A DNA stretch of 64,000 bases, taken from the NCBI GenBank assembly GCA_963695545.1, contig OY968796.1:1472001-1536000 (forward strand), given 5' to 3'. Below the pieces are notes generated by a model, which was not told where the DNA came from, did no database searches, and was given only the letters and a program-made list of their open reading frames with translations. Both the position numbers and the translations under genes were made by a program. Origin of the DNA: Terriglobia bacterium (GTDB lineage Bacteria > Acidobacteriota > Terriglobia > Acidiferrales > UBA7541). Of this stretch, positions 8,455 through 18,261 are shown one piece after another. Numbering within the stretch: position 1 is the stretch's first letter; every line of letters starts with the position of its first letter.

Positions 8455-8563
8455 CCCGTCCCGGCTGCGCGCCCGCTCGCCGGCCGTCTTTACTTCCGGT
8501 TTTTCGTCCGCTACACTCCGCGCTTGAGTCGCCGAAAACCCTTCTTTCGCGGATCCCCAGGAT

Positions 8564-8638
8564 TCCCCGGTAGCTCAATGGTAGAGCATTCGGCTGTTAA
8601 CCGAAGGGTTGCTAGTTCGAATCTAGCCCGGGGAGCCA
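8564..8638 (+). tRNA. tRNA-Asn (GTT)
   Basis: TCCCCGG/CCGGGGA acceptor stem, GTT anticodon in TTCGG-CTGTTAA-CCGAA, TTCGAAT T-loop, CCA end. Confidence 0.97.
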
Positions 8639-8670
8639 AACTCCGATTCCTCAAGCAGTTCGATGAAGCA

Positions 8671-8699
8671 GGAGCGTTCGATCGTCTATTGAATGCTCC
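8671..8699. terminator. Hairpin between convergent tRNA-Asn and DinB-family gene
   Basis: GGAGCGTTCGAT..ATTGAATGCTCC stem with G-U pairs. Confidence 0.4.
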
Positions 8700-8724
8700 C
8701 CGCAATCGCTCGATTGTGGCGAAA

Positions 8725-9222
8725 TTAGCCGAACGGTTTCTCGTCCGCGCTGGGGCCGTAAATCGAAGGCACCGGAACGTCCAGCATCCGCAGATAGACC
8801 GAAAGCTGCCCGCGATGGTGGTAGTTATGATTCATCAGGATTGAGCGCACGAATCCGATGCGCGGGATGGTCATCAACACTTTTCCGTTTTTCGTCAAGC
8901 TCCACATGGACATCAGGCGAGCGTCGTCCATCTTGTTCAGCGTTTCCTTCGCGCTCGCCAGGCTTTTCGCGAAAGCGTCCAGGATTTCCTGCCGGCTCTT
9001 CGGCTCCGCCTGCGAGAAGCTCGGAGCTTCAAACGTGTCCTGCGCGGCCGCCGCTGCCACGCGGCCCTGCAGAGACGCAATGTGCAGGCCCAATTGTCCC
9101 AGCGAGTACGATTTCGGGTGCGGCTTCCACGTGAGGTTGTCCTCGGGGATTCGATCCAGCACCCGTTTCGTCGTCTGTGCTTCCTGATCAATCTCCATCA
9201 AGAGAGAATCGACAATTCTCAT
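8725..9222 (-). CDS. DinB/DUF664 family protein
   Basis: WKPHPKS..LGQLGLHI; NHNYHHRGQLSVYLR..VPSIYGPSAD. Confidence 0.9.
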   Translation of the reverse strand: MRIVDSLLMEIDQEAQTTKRVLDRIPEDNLTWKPHPKSYSLGQLGLHIASLQGRVAAAAAQDTFEAPSFSQAEPKSRQEILDAFAKSLASAKETLNKMDDARLMSMWSLTKNGKVLMTIPRIGFVRSILMNHNYHHRGQLSVYLRMLDVPVPSIYGPSADEKPFG

Positions 9223-9292
9223 GCGTGTTCCTTTCCGTGCGGAGAAGTTTTGCCGTTCAAATTCCTAATTCCTGGCTACAGCGCGCCGAGAT

Positions 9293-9763
9293 TCACCGTG
9301 CGCGCGCCGCCTCGGCCCGCTTACGAGTCTCCTCATTGAAATGCGTCCATCCCTTGCCCAGCCCCGTTCGATGCTCGTCTTGAATCAGCCCGAACGCCGT
9401 GTGACGAAATGTAATCAGCGTCCCGCCATTCTCCTCGCTCAGCCGATACTGCACATTCGAGATCACCGGAGACGACATGAACAGCGGCCCGCTGAATTCA
9501 AGCAGCGTCGGCCGCTTGATCGCCTGCACGTTGGCCCAGAAGTGGCCGTCCTCGCCGCCAAGATCGCGATACCACCGTCCGCCGGGCCGCGCCTCCAGCT
9601 TGAACGGCAACGCCTTCCCCTCGGGAGTGCTGTTTTCGGGGCCGAGCTGCTCGAGCAGCGCCGCGAAAGTCACATCCAGCGGCGCCTTCACGTGGATTTC
9701 CTGCGTGATGTTCAAGGTCATATCTTCGATCGTTCTCTCTAGCTTCGGTGCTGTCGAATTCAT
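9293..9763 (-). CDS. SRPBCC/AHSA1-like domain protein
   Basis: LEARPGGRWYRD, GTLITFRH, GW C-terminal helix; follows ArsR gene. Confidence 0.85.
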   Translation of the reverse strand: MNSTAPKLERTIEDMTLNITQEIHVKAPLDVTFAALLEQLGPENSTPEGKALPFKLEARPGGRWYRDLGGEDGHFWANVQAIKRPTLLEFSGPLFMSSPVISNVQYRLSEENGGTLITFRHTAFGLIQDEHRTGLGKGWTHFNEETRKRAEAARAR

Positions 9764-9826
9764 CGTTCCTCCTAGAATTAAGAATTTGTCGTGCAGCTCG
9801 GATCAAATCCGGTCCTGCTCGTCGCA

Positions 9827-10162
9827 CTACTCTCGCTCGCCGCGTTTCCCTTCCGCCCGCTCCTTCACACGATTCAACTGATGCCGCCAGTACCGCTCGA
9901 ACGTGCTGGTCCATTCGTGCAACGGTTGGATCGCCTCGGCGTTCACTCGATACATCCTTTTGCGGCCGTCCCGGCGCACGTTCACCAGGCCAACGTCGAG
10001 CAGCACCCGCAGGTGTTTTGACACCGAGGGCTGCTCCATCCCCAGCGCCGCCACAATTTCCCCGACCGGCCGCTCCCGCAGCACGAGATAGTTCAATATC
10101 TCCCGCCGGCGAGGCTCGGCGACCGCGTTGAACGCATCGGAGGTAGTTGCTGCGCGAGCCAT
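9827..10162 (-). CDS. ArsR/SmtB family regulator
   Basis: DAFNAVAEPRRREIL..QPSVSKHLRVL winged HTH. Confidence 0.92.
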   Translation of the reverse strand: MARAATTSDAFNAVAEPRRREILNYLVLRERPVGEIVAALGMEQPSVSKHLRVLLDVGLVNVRRDGRKRMYRVNAEAIQPLHEWTSTFERYWRHQLNRVKERAEGKRGERE

Positions 10163-10169
10163 GTGCGTC

Positions 10170-10197
10170 ATTATATGTCCATATGAGAATATGTCAA
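10170..10197 (-). promoter_or_regulatory. Consensus promoter with overlapping imperfect palindrome (likely ArsR operator); leaderless start
   Basis: TTGACA-N16-TATAAT, ATG 7 nt downstream; dyad centred on CATATG. Confidence 0.75.
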
Positions 10198-10275
10198 GCG
10201 CTTTTTTTCTGCCGTTCCAGCAGGGTTCGGCGCTGCTTGACAATCCCGGCAGCTTCTTCCAAAATCTGCCAAGGC

Positions 10276-10290
10276 GAACAAAAAGCGAAA
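10276..10290. promoter_or_regulatory. Candidate LexA box
   Basis: GAAC-N7-GAAA, one mismatch to the GTTC-N7-GTTC direct repeat described for Acidobacterium/alphaproteobacterial LexA; 40 bp before imuA. Confidence 0.6.
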
Positions 10291-10330
10291 ATTATAGACA
10301 CTCCGCTTTCTCCGCGCCGCCGCTATTTCC

Positions 10331-11230
10331 GTGCCTCAAAACCTTTCCGCCTTGCGATCGAAACTCGAAGCGGCTCTGGCCGGTCGCGTCGCTGCGCCTT
10401 TTGCGGTTCGCGATCGCCAGCTTTTTCAGACGGTTTCCGCGGGCATCGCCGAAATCGACTTTCTGACCAGCGGTTTGCCGCGCGGAGGGCTCACGGAAAT
10501 TTATGGCCCGTTCTGCTCCGGCCGCACGAGTTTGCTGCTTTCGGCCTTGGCGTCCCGGACAAATACCGGCGAGGTCTGCGCTCTTGTGGATGGATGCGAT
10601 GCCTTCGATCCGCATTCGGCGCAAGCCGCCGGCGTGGAATTGAAAAAGCTGTTGTGGGTGCGTTGCCGGAATCTGGACCACGCCCTGCGCGCCACGGATT
10701 TGCTTTTGCAGGGCGGCGGCTTCAGCCTGATCGCCCTCGATCTGAGCGATATTTTTTGGAAAACCATCCGCAATGTGCCGCTGCATGTCTGGTTTCGTCT
10801 GCGGCGCGCGGTGGAAAACACGCCCACGATTCTGATTCTTCTGAATCGGGAGTCCCAGGCAAAAACGTGCGCCTCGCTGGTTCTGCGTCTCGAAGCCGAG
10901 CCAACCTGCCGGATCACCGTGCCGGAAATTTGCGATCCCCGTTTTTTTCAGCATTCGTGGACATGTTTGTTTGATGGATTTGAAATCCACGCGGAACGAA
11001 TCCGTTCTCGCGTGCAATCCGTCACGGACGCATATGGCGGCAATGTCGCCGCCCCGGTAATCGCGGACAGCAAGGCGTCAACGTTTAAAACCCGGGCCCT
11101 CTGGAGTTACTTCAGCCGCGATGCGCTCCGCGGCCCATTGAAGCAATGTGCTCCGCACAGCCCGGTGAAGCAATGCGCTCCGCACAGTCCATTGAAGCAA
11201 TGCGTTCCGCGCAGTCCGGTCGTGAGGTGA
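10331..11230 (+). CDS. imuA: ImuA / RecA-like protein
   Basis: GLPRGGLTEIYGPFCSGRTSL degenerate P-loop, ALVD..DAFDP; first gene of the mutagenesis cassette. Confidence 0.85.
   Translation: MPQNLSALRSKLEAALAGRVAAPFAVRDRQLFQTVSAGIAEIDFLTSGLPRGGLTEIYGPFCSGRTSLLLSALASRTNTGEVCALVDGCDAFDPHSAQAAGVELKKLLWVRCRNLDHALRATDLLLQGGGFSLIALDLSDIFWKTIRNVPLHVWFRLRRAVENTPTILILLNRESQAKTCASLVLRLEAEPTCRITVPEICDPRFFQHSWTCLFDGFEIHAERIRSRVQSVTDAYGGNVAAPVIADSKASTFKTRALWSYFSRDALRGPLKQCAPHSPVKQCAPHSPLKQCVPRSPVVR
11140..11220 (+). repeat. 3 x 27-bp tandem repeat in the imuA 3' end
   Basis: GAAGCAATGYGYTCCGCRCAGYCCRKT units at 11140, 11167, 11194. Confidence 0.85.
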
Positions 11231-11264
11231 GGATTGGGCAGGTTTCTTTCCCGATCGCGTTTTT

Positions 11265-12884
11265 ATGGCTTTTGCCGCCATTCACGTTCCCGACTTCATG
11301 CTGCAAGCCGTGGTGCGCGCCGAGCCGCATCTTCACGGCCGCGCCCTGGTTCTCATCGAAGGCGCTGCTCCCCTCGAGATCGTTGTGGCCGCCAGCGAAG
11401 CCGCCTTGCGCGCGGGAATTGAGCTCGGCATGGCGAAGTCTCAAGTGGAGCAGTTCTCCGTCATGGAAATTCGTCATCGTTCCTGCGCGCAATCGCGCGC
11501 GCAGGAAAAATCCGCGCACGCGGCCTTGCTCGATCTCGGATGGTCCTTTTCGCCGCGCCTTGAAGACGTTGCGCCGGATACCATCGTTCTCGATCTCGCG
11601 GGTCTGCAAGTTCTTTACAGTTCCAAGGAAAATATCGCGGAGCAATTGGCCGTGCGCGCCCGCGGTCTGGGTCTTGCGGCGAACGTCGCGATCGCGTCCG
11701 AGATTGAATCTTCCATCATCGCCGCGCGCAGTTTTTCGGGAATTACATTGATTCCCGCGAGCCAGGAAGCGAAGCGCTTGGGCTGTTTGCCGGTCGCGGC
11801 GCTTTCGCCGTCCGCGGAACTTCGCGAAATATTGGAACGCTGGGGAGTGCGCACCTGCGCGGCGCTGGCTGCGTTGCCCGTTCTCGATTTGTCGGAACGA
11901 TTGGGGCAGGAAGGTGTGCGCCTCCATGCGTTGGCTCGAGGTGAAAATGCGCGCGCGTTGATCCTTGCCGAGCCGGCCGCAACTTTCGAGGAGGAAATGG
12001 AACTCGATGACGCCGTGGAGGAACTCGAGCCGCTGGCGTTTATTCTCGGCCGGCTACTCGATCAACTTTGCGCCCGCTTGAATGCGCGTTCGCTCGCCGT
12101 GCAAGTGATTCGCCTGCGATTCGATCTCGAACGCTCCCCCGAAAAAAACATCCGGTCCCTGGAAGAAGACTCGCGCCAAAAACCAAACGCGGCCATTTAC
12201 GAAAAAACCGTGACGCTGCCAGTGCCAATGCGCGATTCCAAAATGCTTTTGCGATTGCTGCGCTTGAAGCTGCAAGCGGATCCGCCGCCGGCCGCGATTT
12301 GCAAAGCCGTGATTGCCGTCGATCCCGCCGGGCCGCGCTCGACACAAGGCGGATTATTTCTTGCCGGTTTTCCCGATCCCGAAAAGTGGGAGTTGATGAT
12401 CGCGCGTCTCGCAAATCTGGTGGGCGAAGCCAATGTCGGCTCGCCCGAGCTGATGGATACGCATCTTCAAGGTGAATTCCGGATGGACCGGTTCGCAACT
12501 TTTGCAAAAGAAGCGGGCCTTGCTCGAAACAGAAAAAGTGTCCCGGCGCAAGACCCCGTGACGGCGTTTCGTGTTTTTCGGCCGCCCTTCGCGGCCAAGG
12601 TCGAATTGCGCGAGGAGTGTCCCGTGCGCATTGTGTTTTGCGGCGTGCGCGCCGAAGTGATCGCCGCCTCCGGTCCGTGGCGCACATCGGGAAATTGGTG
12701 GGCGGAAAATGTTTGGCAGCACGACGAATGGGACATCGAGATTCGCTGTGATTGTGTTTCTGCTGACGATGTGCGCGGACGAAATTCAGCCGCGCGCTCC
12801 GAAACGCCTCCGCGCAATGGAATGTACCGCATTTATTTCGACGGCCTGCGCCGAAGCTGGTTTGTGCGCGGAGTCTACGATTGA
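11265..12884 (+). CDS. imuB: ImuB, inactive Y-family polymerase
   Basis: FSPRLE..LDLAGL; C-terminal GPWRTSGNWW..WD..GVYD; between imuA and dnaE2. Confidence 0.88.
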   Translation: MAFAAIHVPDFMLQAVVRAEPHLHGRALVLIEGAAPLEIVVAASEAALRAGIELGMAKSQVEQFSVMEIRHRSCAQSRAQEKSAHAALLDLGWSFSPRLEDVAPDTIVLDLAGLQVLYSSKENIAEQLAVRARGLGLAANVAIASEIESSIIAARSFSGITLIPASQEAKRLGCLPVAALSPSAELREILERWGVRTCAALAALPVLDLSERLGQEGVRLHALARGENARALILAEPAATFEEEMELDDAVEELEPLAFILGRLLDQLCARLNARSLAVQVIRLRFDLERSPEKNIRSLEEDSRQKPNAAIYEKTVTLPVPMRDSKMLLRLLRLKLQADPPPAAICKAVIAVDPAGPRSTQGGLFLAGFPDPEKWELMIARLANLVGEANVGSPELMDTHLQGEFRMDRFATFAKEAGLARNRKSVPAQDPVTAFRVFRPPFAAKVELREECPVRIVFCGVRAEVIAASGPWRTSGNWWAENVWQHDEWDIEIRCDCVSADDVRGRNSAARSETPPRNGMYRIYFDGLRRSWFVRGVYD

Positions 12885-15800
12885 AGTACGTCGAATTGCA
12901 CGCGCGTTCCGCCTTCAGTTTTCTCGAAGGGGCCTCGCTGCCCGAAGCGCTGGCCGCGGAATGCGCCAAGCATGAAATGGGAGCCATGGCGCTGCTCGAT
13001 CGCGACGGCATGTATGGCGCGCCCCGATTTTATCTGGCCGCGACAAAACTTTCTCTGCGGGCGCATATCGGCGCGGAGGTCTCTGCGGCAAGCGGCTGGC
13101 GTTATCCGCTGCTGGTGGCTTCGCGCGCGGGATACCAAAACATTTGCCGCCTGATTACGCGCATGAAACTGCGCGCGCGAAAAAACGAAGGCCACGTAGA
13201 TGAAGAAGAGTTTCTCGAAAATTCCTCCGGCCTGATTTGCCTCACAGGCGGCGAAGAAGGGCCGCTGGCGCACGCGCTTAAACAAGAAGGAATCGCGGGC
13301 GGACTCGCCTGCGTGGCGCGACTCGCGGAACTTTTCGGCCGCGAAAATGTCTATGTCGAATTGCAGCGCCACTTTTCCCGCGAAGAAGAGGCGCGCAACC
13401 AGGCGGCTATCGAAATCGCGCAAACCGCGCGTCTGCCTCTTCTGGCCACGAACGGCGTTTGCCACGCGCTGCCGCACGAAAGAGAAGTGCTGGACGTTTT
13501 CACCTCTCTGCGTCATCACCGCACTCTCGCCGCCGCCGGACGCCTTCTTTCCCGCAACGCCGAGCGCCATTTGAAAGCGCCCGCGGAGATGGCCCGATTG
13601 TTTCGAGACATTCCCCAAGCCATCGCCAATACCGAAACTCTTTCCTCTCGCCTCGAATTCACTTTGAAAGACCTGGGATATCAATTCCCAAAATATCCGG
13701 TTCCGGATGGCGCGTCGGAAATGCAGTTTCTTCGCGAACGCACACGCGACGGATTGCTGCTGCGCTATGGTCCTGACGACGAAAAAGCGCGGCGGCAGAT
13801 GGAACGCGAGCTGGCTTTGATCGAAAAACTCGAGCTCGCCGGTTATTTCCTGATCGTTTGGGACATCGTTCGTTTTTGCCGCGAGAAAAACATTCTGGTG
13901 CAGGGGCGCGGCTCGGCCGCCAATAGCGCGGTCTGCTACGCGCTGGGGATCACCGCCGTCGATCCCGTCAAAATGGATTTGCTCTTCGAGCGATTTCTCT
14001 CCGAAGAGCGCGGCGAATGGCCCGATATCGATCTCGATCTTCCCAGTGGAGATCAGCGCGAGCGCGTCATTCAATACGTCTACGAGCGCTACGGAAAATT
14101 GGGCGCGGCGATGACCGCCAACGTCATCACCTACCGCAGCCGCTCGGCGGCGCGCGAAATCGGCAAAGTTCTCTCGTTCGAGTCCGACACGCTGGAGCGC
14201 CTGACGAAAGTGGTGGGAGCCTGGGGATATAAAGATGCCGACGAAACCCCCGATCGGCAGTTTCGCGAGGCGGGTTTTGATCTTCGGCATCCGCAAGTTC
14301 GCAAATTTTTCGATCTCTGGCGAATGATTCAGGATCTGCCGCGTCATCTCGGGCAGCACTCCGGCGGAATGGTGGTCTGCCAGGGCCAGCTCGATTCGGT
14401 CGTGCCGCTCGAACCGGCCACGATGCCCGGGCGCGTCGTGGTGCAATGGGACAAAGAAGATTGCGCCGACATGGGCATCGTGAAAGTGGACCTGCTCGGC
14501 TTGGGCATGATGTCCGTGCTGGAAGATTCCATAAAAATAATTCGCAACGATTACGGCGAGGAAGTGGATTTGGCGCACCTGCCGGCCGACGATCCCGCGG
14601 TTTACGACACGCTGCAAAAGGCGGACACCGTCGGCATGTTTCAGATCGAAAGCCGCGCGCAGATGTCTTGTTTGCCGCGCCTGCGCCCGAAATGTTTTTA
14701 CGACATCGTCGTGCAGGTGGCCATCATCCGCCCCGGTCCGATCGTCGGCAAGATGGTGAATCCATATTTGAAGCGCCGGCAGGGCCGCGAGCCGCCGGAT
14801 TGCCTACATCCATCGCTGGAAGCTGTGCTCGCTCGCACGCTGGGAGTGCCTCTGTTTCAAGAGCAGTTGTTGCGCATGGCCATGATCGCCGCCGGATTCA
14901 CGGGCGGCGAAGCCGAAGAATTGCGCCGCGCCATGGGCTTCAAGCGCTCGGAGCTGCGCATGAAATCCATCGAGGAAAAGTTGCGCGCGGGAATGACGCG
15001 CAATGGAATCTCGAGCGAAACACAGGACGCCATCGTGCAATCCATCGTGTCCTTCGCGCTCTATGGCTTTCCCGAATCGCACGCCGCGAGTTTCGCGTTG
15101 CTCGCCTACGCCAGCGCTTATTTGAAGTGTCATTATCTCGCGGCATTTACGGCCGCGCTGCTCAATAACCAGCCGATGGGCTTTTACAGTCCCGCGGTTC
15201 TTGTAAAAGATGCGCAGCGCCACGGCCTGCGCGTCAAACCGGTCGATGTGACTTGCTCGGATTGGAACTGCACACTCGAGTGCGATCGAGAGAATTTTGC
15301 CGTGCGCCTCGGCCTGCGATACGTTAAAGGCTTGTCTGCCGCCGTGGGCGCCGAAATCGCCTGCCAGCGCGTGATTCGCGCATTCACAACCATCGACGAT
15401 TTGAAGCTGCGCGTCCCTGCGATATCGAAATCCGAACTCACGGCGCTGGCGGAAGTCGGCGCTCTGAATTTCATCGCCGGCCACACAGCGTTTCATCGCC
15501 GCGACGCCTTGTGGCAAGTCGAACGCGCCGCGCGCCGTGCCGGCCCGTTGCTCGAAACGTTGGAAGAAACGCGAGAGCCGGAAAAAGAAAGTGATTCGAT
15601 TGTTTTCCCCTCGATTTCTCCCGCAATTTCTCCGGCAATTTCCTCCGCTGCGGCAGCCTCGCCCTTATCGCCCATGACTTCGGATGAAAGATTGATCGCC
15701 GATTATCGTGGCACGGGCCTCACCGTCGGCCCTCATCCCATGGCCTACCGCCGCGCGCAAATCAAAGCGCAGGGCATTCGCGCGGCGTGCGAGCTTCGCG

Positions 15801-16090
15801 ATCTTGCCGATGGCGTCCGAGTGCGCATCGCCGGAGCTGTGATCGCGCGTCAACGCCCCGGCACGGCGAAAGGCTTTGTGTTTTTGAGCCTCGAAGACGA
15901 AACCGGCATCGCCAACGCCATCCTCACGCCGCAAGTCTTCCGTGAAAATCGCTTAGTGGTCGTCGAGCAGCAATTTCTGGTCATCGAAGGCCAGTTGCAA
16001 AATCAAGAGGGCGCGATTTCGGTGAAGGCCGAATCGGTCTGGCCGCTCTCCATCACGCGCGTGGACGCCCAGTCGCACGATTTTCATTGA
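12881..16090 (+). CDS. dnaE2: Error-prone DNA polymerase DnaE2
   Basis: YVELHARSAFSFLEGAS, GRGSAANS, PDIDLD, C-terminal SHDFH. Confidence 0.96.
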   Translation: MKYVELHARSAFSFLEGASLPEALAAECAKHEMGAMALLDRDGMYGAPRFYLAATKLSLRAHIGAEVSAASGWRYPLLVASRAGYQNICRLITRMKLRARKNEGHVDEEEFLENSSGLICLTGGEEGPLAHALKQEGIAGGLACVARLAELFGRENVYVELQRHFSREEEARNQAAIEIAQTARLPLLATNGVCHALPHEREVLDVFTSLRHHRTLAAAGRLLSRNAERHLKAPAEMARLFRDIPQAIANTETLSSRLEFTLKDLGYQFPKYPVPDGASEMQFLRERTRDGLLLRYGPDDEKARRQMERELALIEKLELAGYFLIVWDIVRFCREKNILVQGRGSAANSAVCYALGITAVDPVKMDLLFERFLSEERGEWPDIDLDLPSGDQRERVIQYVYERYGKLGAAMTANVITYRSRSAAREIGKVLSFESDTLERLTKVVGAWGYKDADETPDRQFREAGFDLRHPQVRKFFDLWRMIQDLPRHLGQHSGGMVVCQGQLDSVVPLEPATMPGRVVVQWDKEDCADMGIVKVDLLGLGMMSVLEDSIKIIRNDYGEEVDLAHLPADDPAVYDTLQKADTVGMFQIESRAQMSCLPRLRPKCFYDIVVQVAIIRPGPIVGKMVNPYLKRRQGREPPDCLHPSLEAVLARTLGVPLFQEQLLRMAMIAAGFTGGEAEELRRAMGFKRSELRMKSIEEKLRAGMTRNGISSETQDAIVQSIVSFALYGFPESHAASFALLAYASAYLKCHYLAAFTAALLNNQPMGFYSPAVLVKDAQRHGLRVKPVDVTCSDWNCTLECDRENFAVRLGLRYVKGLSAAVGAEIACQRVIRAFTTIDDLKLRVPAISKSELTALAEVGALNFIAGHTAFHRRDALWQVERAARRAGPLLETLEETREPEKESDSIVFPSISPAISPAISSAAAASPLSPMTSDERLIADYRGTGLTVGPHPMAYRRAQIKAQGIRAACELRDLADGVRVRIAGAVIARQRPGTAKGFVFLSLEDETGIANAILTPQVFRENRLVVVEQQFLVIEGQLQNQEGAISVKAESVWPLSITRVDAQSHDFH

Positions 16091-17217
16091 TCGCTGGAAT
16101 TCCACCGCGGCAATTCGCGGCGCCCTAATAAGACTTCCGCCGCCCACGCGCCGAGATACGTGGAAAGCGCCACGCCGTGTCCGCAGTAACCGCCCAACAC
16201 GATCGCGCGCTCGCTGAGCGGATGCCGCTCGAAAATCGGCTGCCAATTTTCGGTCAGCAGAATCGGTCCGCCCCAGCGATGAGCGATCGCCACGTCGCGA
16301 AGCGCCGGATGCAAATTCCGAACGCGCGTTTCCAAACGATCGAGAAGCGTTTTCGTTTTCCCCTTCTCGACCGACAAGCCATACAAGCCCTGCCAATCAT
16401 CCACTTCCACCAATCCGCATCCAAAGATCGCGGCGTTGTTGCGCAGCATGCGCCCCCACAGATAAGGGAAATCGACAGTATAAAAAGGTTTTCGCGCGCC
16501 GAGCCCGATCGCTTCGATTTGCTGTTCGGAAAGCGGCTCGGTCGCAAGCGCCAGCGTGAGCTTCGGCGTCGTGCTATCCGCGAGAGCGCTCAGTTCGAGT
16601 GACATCGCGTTCGTCGCAATCAAAATCCGCCCGGCGCGAATCTCGCGCCCCGCGACCGTCAGCCGCACCGGATTTTCAAACGCGATCTCATCCACTCGCG
16701 CGTTCTCAAATATCATCGCGCCCGCGTCCTGAGCCGCGCGCGCCACGCCGCTGACAAGCTTGCCCGGATCGATCGTGCCGCCGGCGACTTCGCCCACCAC
16801 GCGCAGCTTCCCCGAATCCGACCACGCGATCGGTGAATCCCCCGAGCCGCCCGAACGCCCAATTTCCCATGCGCCGCGGAGATCAAGATCGCAATCAATT
16901 CCGAGCGCCCGCAAAATCTCGCTGAATCCCGCAAGCACGTCGCCGAGTCCCGGCAAATCGCCCGACGCTGCTTCCGAAAGCGCCATGCCGCCGGTTCGCC
17001 CGCTCGCTCCCGCGCCAATGGATTCCGCTTCGAGCAGCACTACAGTGTGCTCAGGCGCGATACGCGGCAACCACGCGGCCGCCGCAAGCCCGGTGAAGCC
17101 ACCGCCCACAATCGCGACATCGATTTCTGAAGGAATCGCCGACGGAATCGAATCCTCCGCCGCGCGAAAATCAATCGTCCACGGCGGATCGCCCCACGGA
17201 TGCGTGCCCCGCGCCAT
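16084..17217 (-). CDS. FAD-dependent oxidoreductase (DAO/PuuB-like)
   Basis: DVAIVGGGFTGL, GASGRTGG, GYCGHGV. Confidence 0.88.
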   Translation of the reverse strand: MARGTHPWGDPPWTIDFRAAEDSIPSAIPSEIDVAIVGGGFTGLAAAAWLPRIAPEHTVVLLEAESIGAGASGRTGGMALSEAASGDLPGLGDVLAGFSEILRALGIDCDLDLRGAWEIGRSGGSGDSPIAWSDSGKLRVVGEVAGGTIDPGKLVSGVARAAQDAGAMIFENARVDEIAFENPVRLTVAGREIRAGRILIATNAMSLELSALADSTTPKLTLALATEPLSEQQIEAIGLGARKPFYTVDFPYLWGRMLRNNAAIFGCGLVEVDDWQGLYGLSVEKGKTKTLLDRLETRVRNLHPALRDVAIAHRWGGPILLTENWQPIFERHPLSERAIVLGGYCGHGVALSTYLGAWAAEVLLGRRELPRWNSSDQ

Positions 17218-17496
17218 AATTTACGCTTGCGTGCCCGCGCGCTGACAACCGTCGGCGCCGGCGCGGCATCGAAACAATCGATTACGCGGAGTGTCTCGAT
17301 TCGAACCATCGGGTAAACGTTGTATAGACGCGTACGCCGCCGCAAAGGACAATAGGTGGGAATCAGATCTCATCTCATTCTGATTTGTGAGCGAAGGCTC
17401 ATGATTTCCGCGCGTCAGTTTTCCCCGGTCTCGACCGAACGAAACTAACACACTCCGCGCGAACTATGCAGCACGTGCATTCTCAGGTAGACTTCC

Positions 17497-18261
17497 ATGG
17501 TTTCTGCCGAAAAAACGCTTCCTATGCTGACCCCGCCGTCAAACGAGACGCCATGCCCGAGCGTCATCGAATTGGTGAACGTCTCGAAAGTCTACGGCAA
17601 CGGCGCGGCCGTGCACGCGCTTCGCAATCTCGATCTCTCCGTCGCGCCGGGCGAGCGCGTCGCGGTGATGGGCCCCTCCGGATCCGGTAAATCGAGCCTG
17701 CTGAATTTAATTTGTGGGCTTGACGCGCCCACTTCTGGCTCTGTGAAAGTGGCCGGCGTCGAACTATCCGACCTCAGTGACGACGCCCGCACGCGCCTGC
17801 GCCGCGAAAAAATCGGCATGATCTTCCAGACGTTCAATCTCCTGCTCACGCTCACCGCGCTTGAAAATGTCGCCCTGCCGCTTCGTCTGCAAGGTGTGCG
17901 CAAGCGCGAAACCGACTCCCGCGCCCTCGCCATGCTCGAACGCGTCGGCCTCAAAGATCGGATCGATCATCGTCCCGACGAACTCTCCGGCGGCGAGCGC
18001 CAGCGAGTCGCCATCGCCCGCGCGCTGATCTTTCATCCCCCGCTTCTGCTCGGCGACGAGCCCACCGGCAATCTCGATTCCGCCACCGGCGAAGAAATCC
18101 TCTGCCTGCTCGATGAATTGCATCGCGAATACAACAGCACTCTTCTGCTGGTCACGCACAATGACGAGGCCGCCAGCTACTGCGATCGCATTCTCACTCT
18201 GCGCGACGGCCAAATCGTCAAATCCGAACGCTCCACTCGCCGCGGCTCCGGGGCCGCCTAA
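17497..18261 (+). CDS. ABC ATPase, LolD/MacB family
   Basis: GPSGSGKS, LSGGERQRVAIARAL, DEPTGNLD. Confidence 0.93.
   Translation: MVSAEKTLPMLTPPSNETPCPSVIELVNVSKVYGNGAAVHALRNLDLSVAPGERVAVMGPSGSGKSSLLNLICGLDAPTSGSVKVAGVELSDLSDDARTRLRREKIGMIFQTFNLLLTLTALENVALPLRLQGVRKRETDSRALAMLERVGLKDRIDHRPDELSGGERQRVAIARALIFHPPLLLGDEPTGNLDSATGEEILCLLDELHREYNSTLLLVTHNDEAASYCDRILTLRDGQIVKSERSTRRGSGAA

Noticed and set aside
8564..8638. tRNA-Asn as integration site of the RAYT/RHS region
   Set aside because: No integrase and no duplicated tRNA 3' end seen; the region lies on the 5' side.
11140..11220. CRISPR-like array
   Set aside because: Units are contiguous with no unique spacers, and there are no cas genes.
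12875..14617. Long antisense ORFs here and over pyc, GH3, ruvB and others
   Set aside because: Shadow frames of high-GC genes with no recognisable motifs.
15613..15648. 12-bp tandem repeats in dnaE2 (ISPA ISPA ISSA)
   Set aside because: Slippage in a variable linker; no sign of function.
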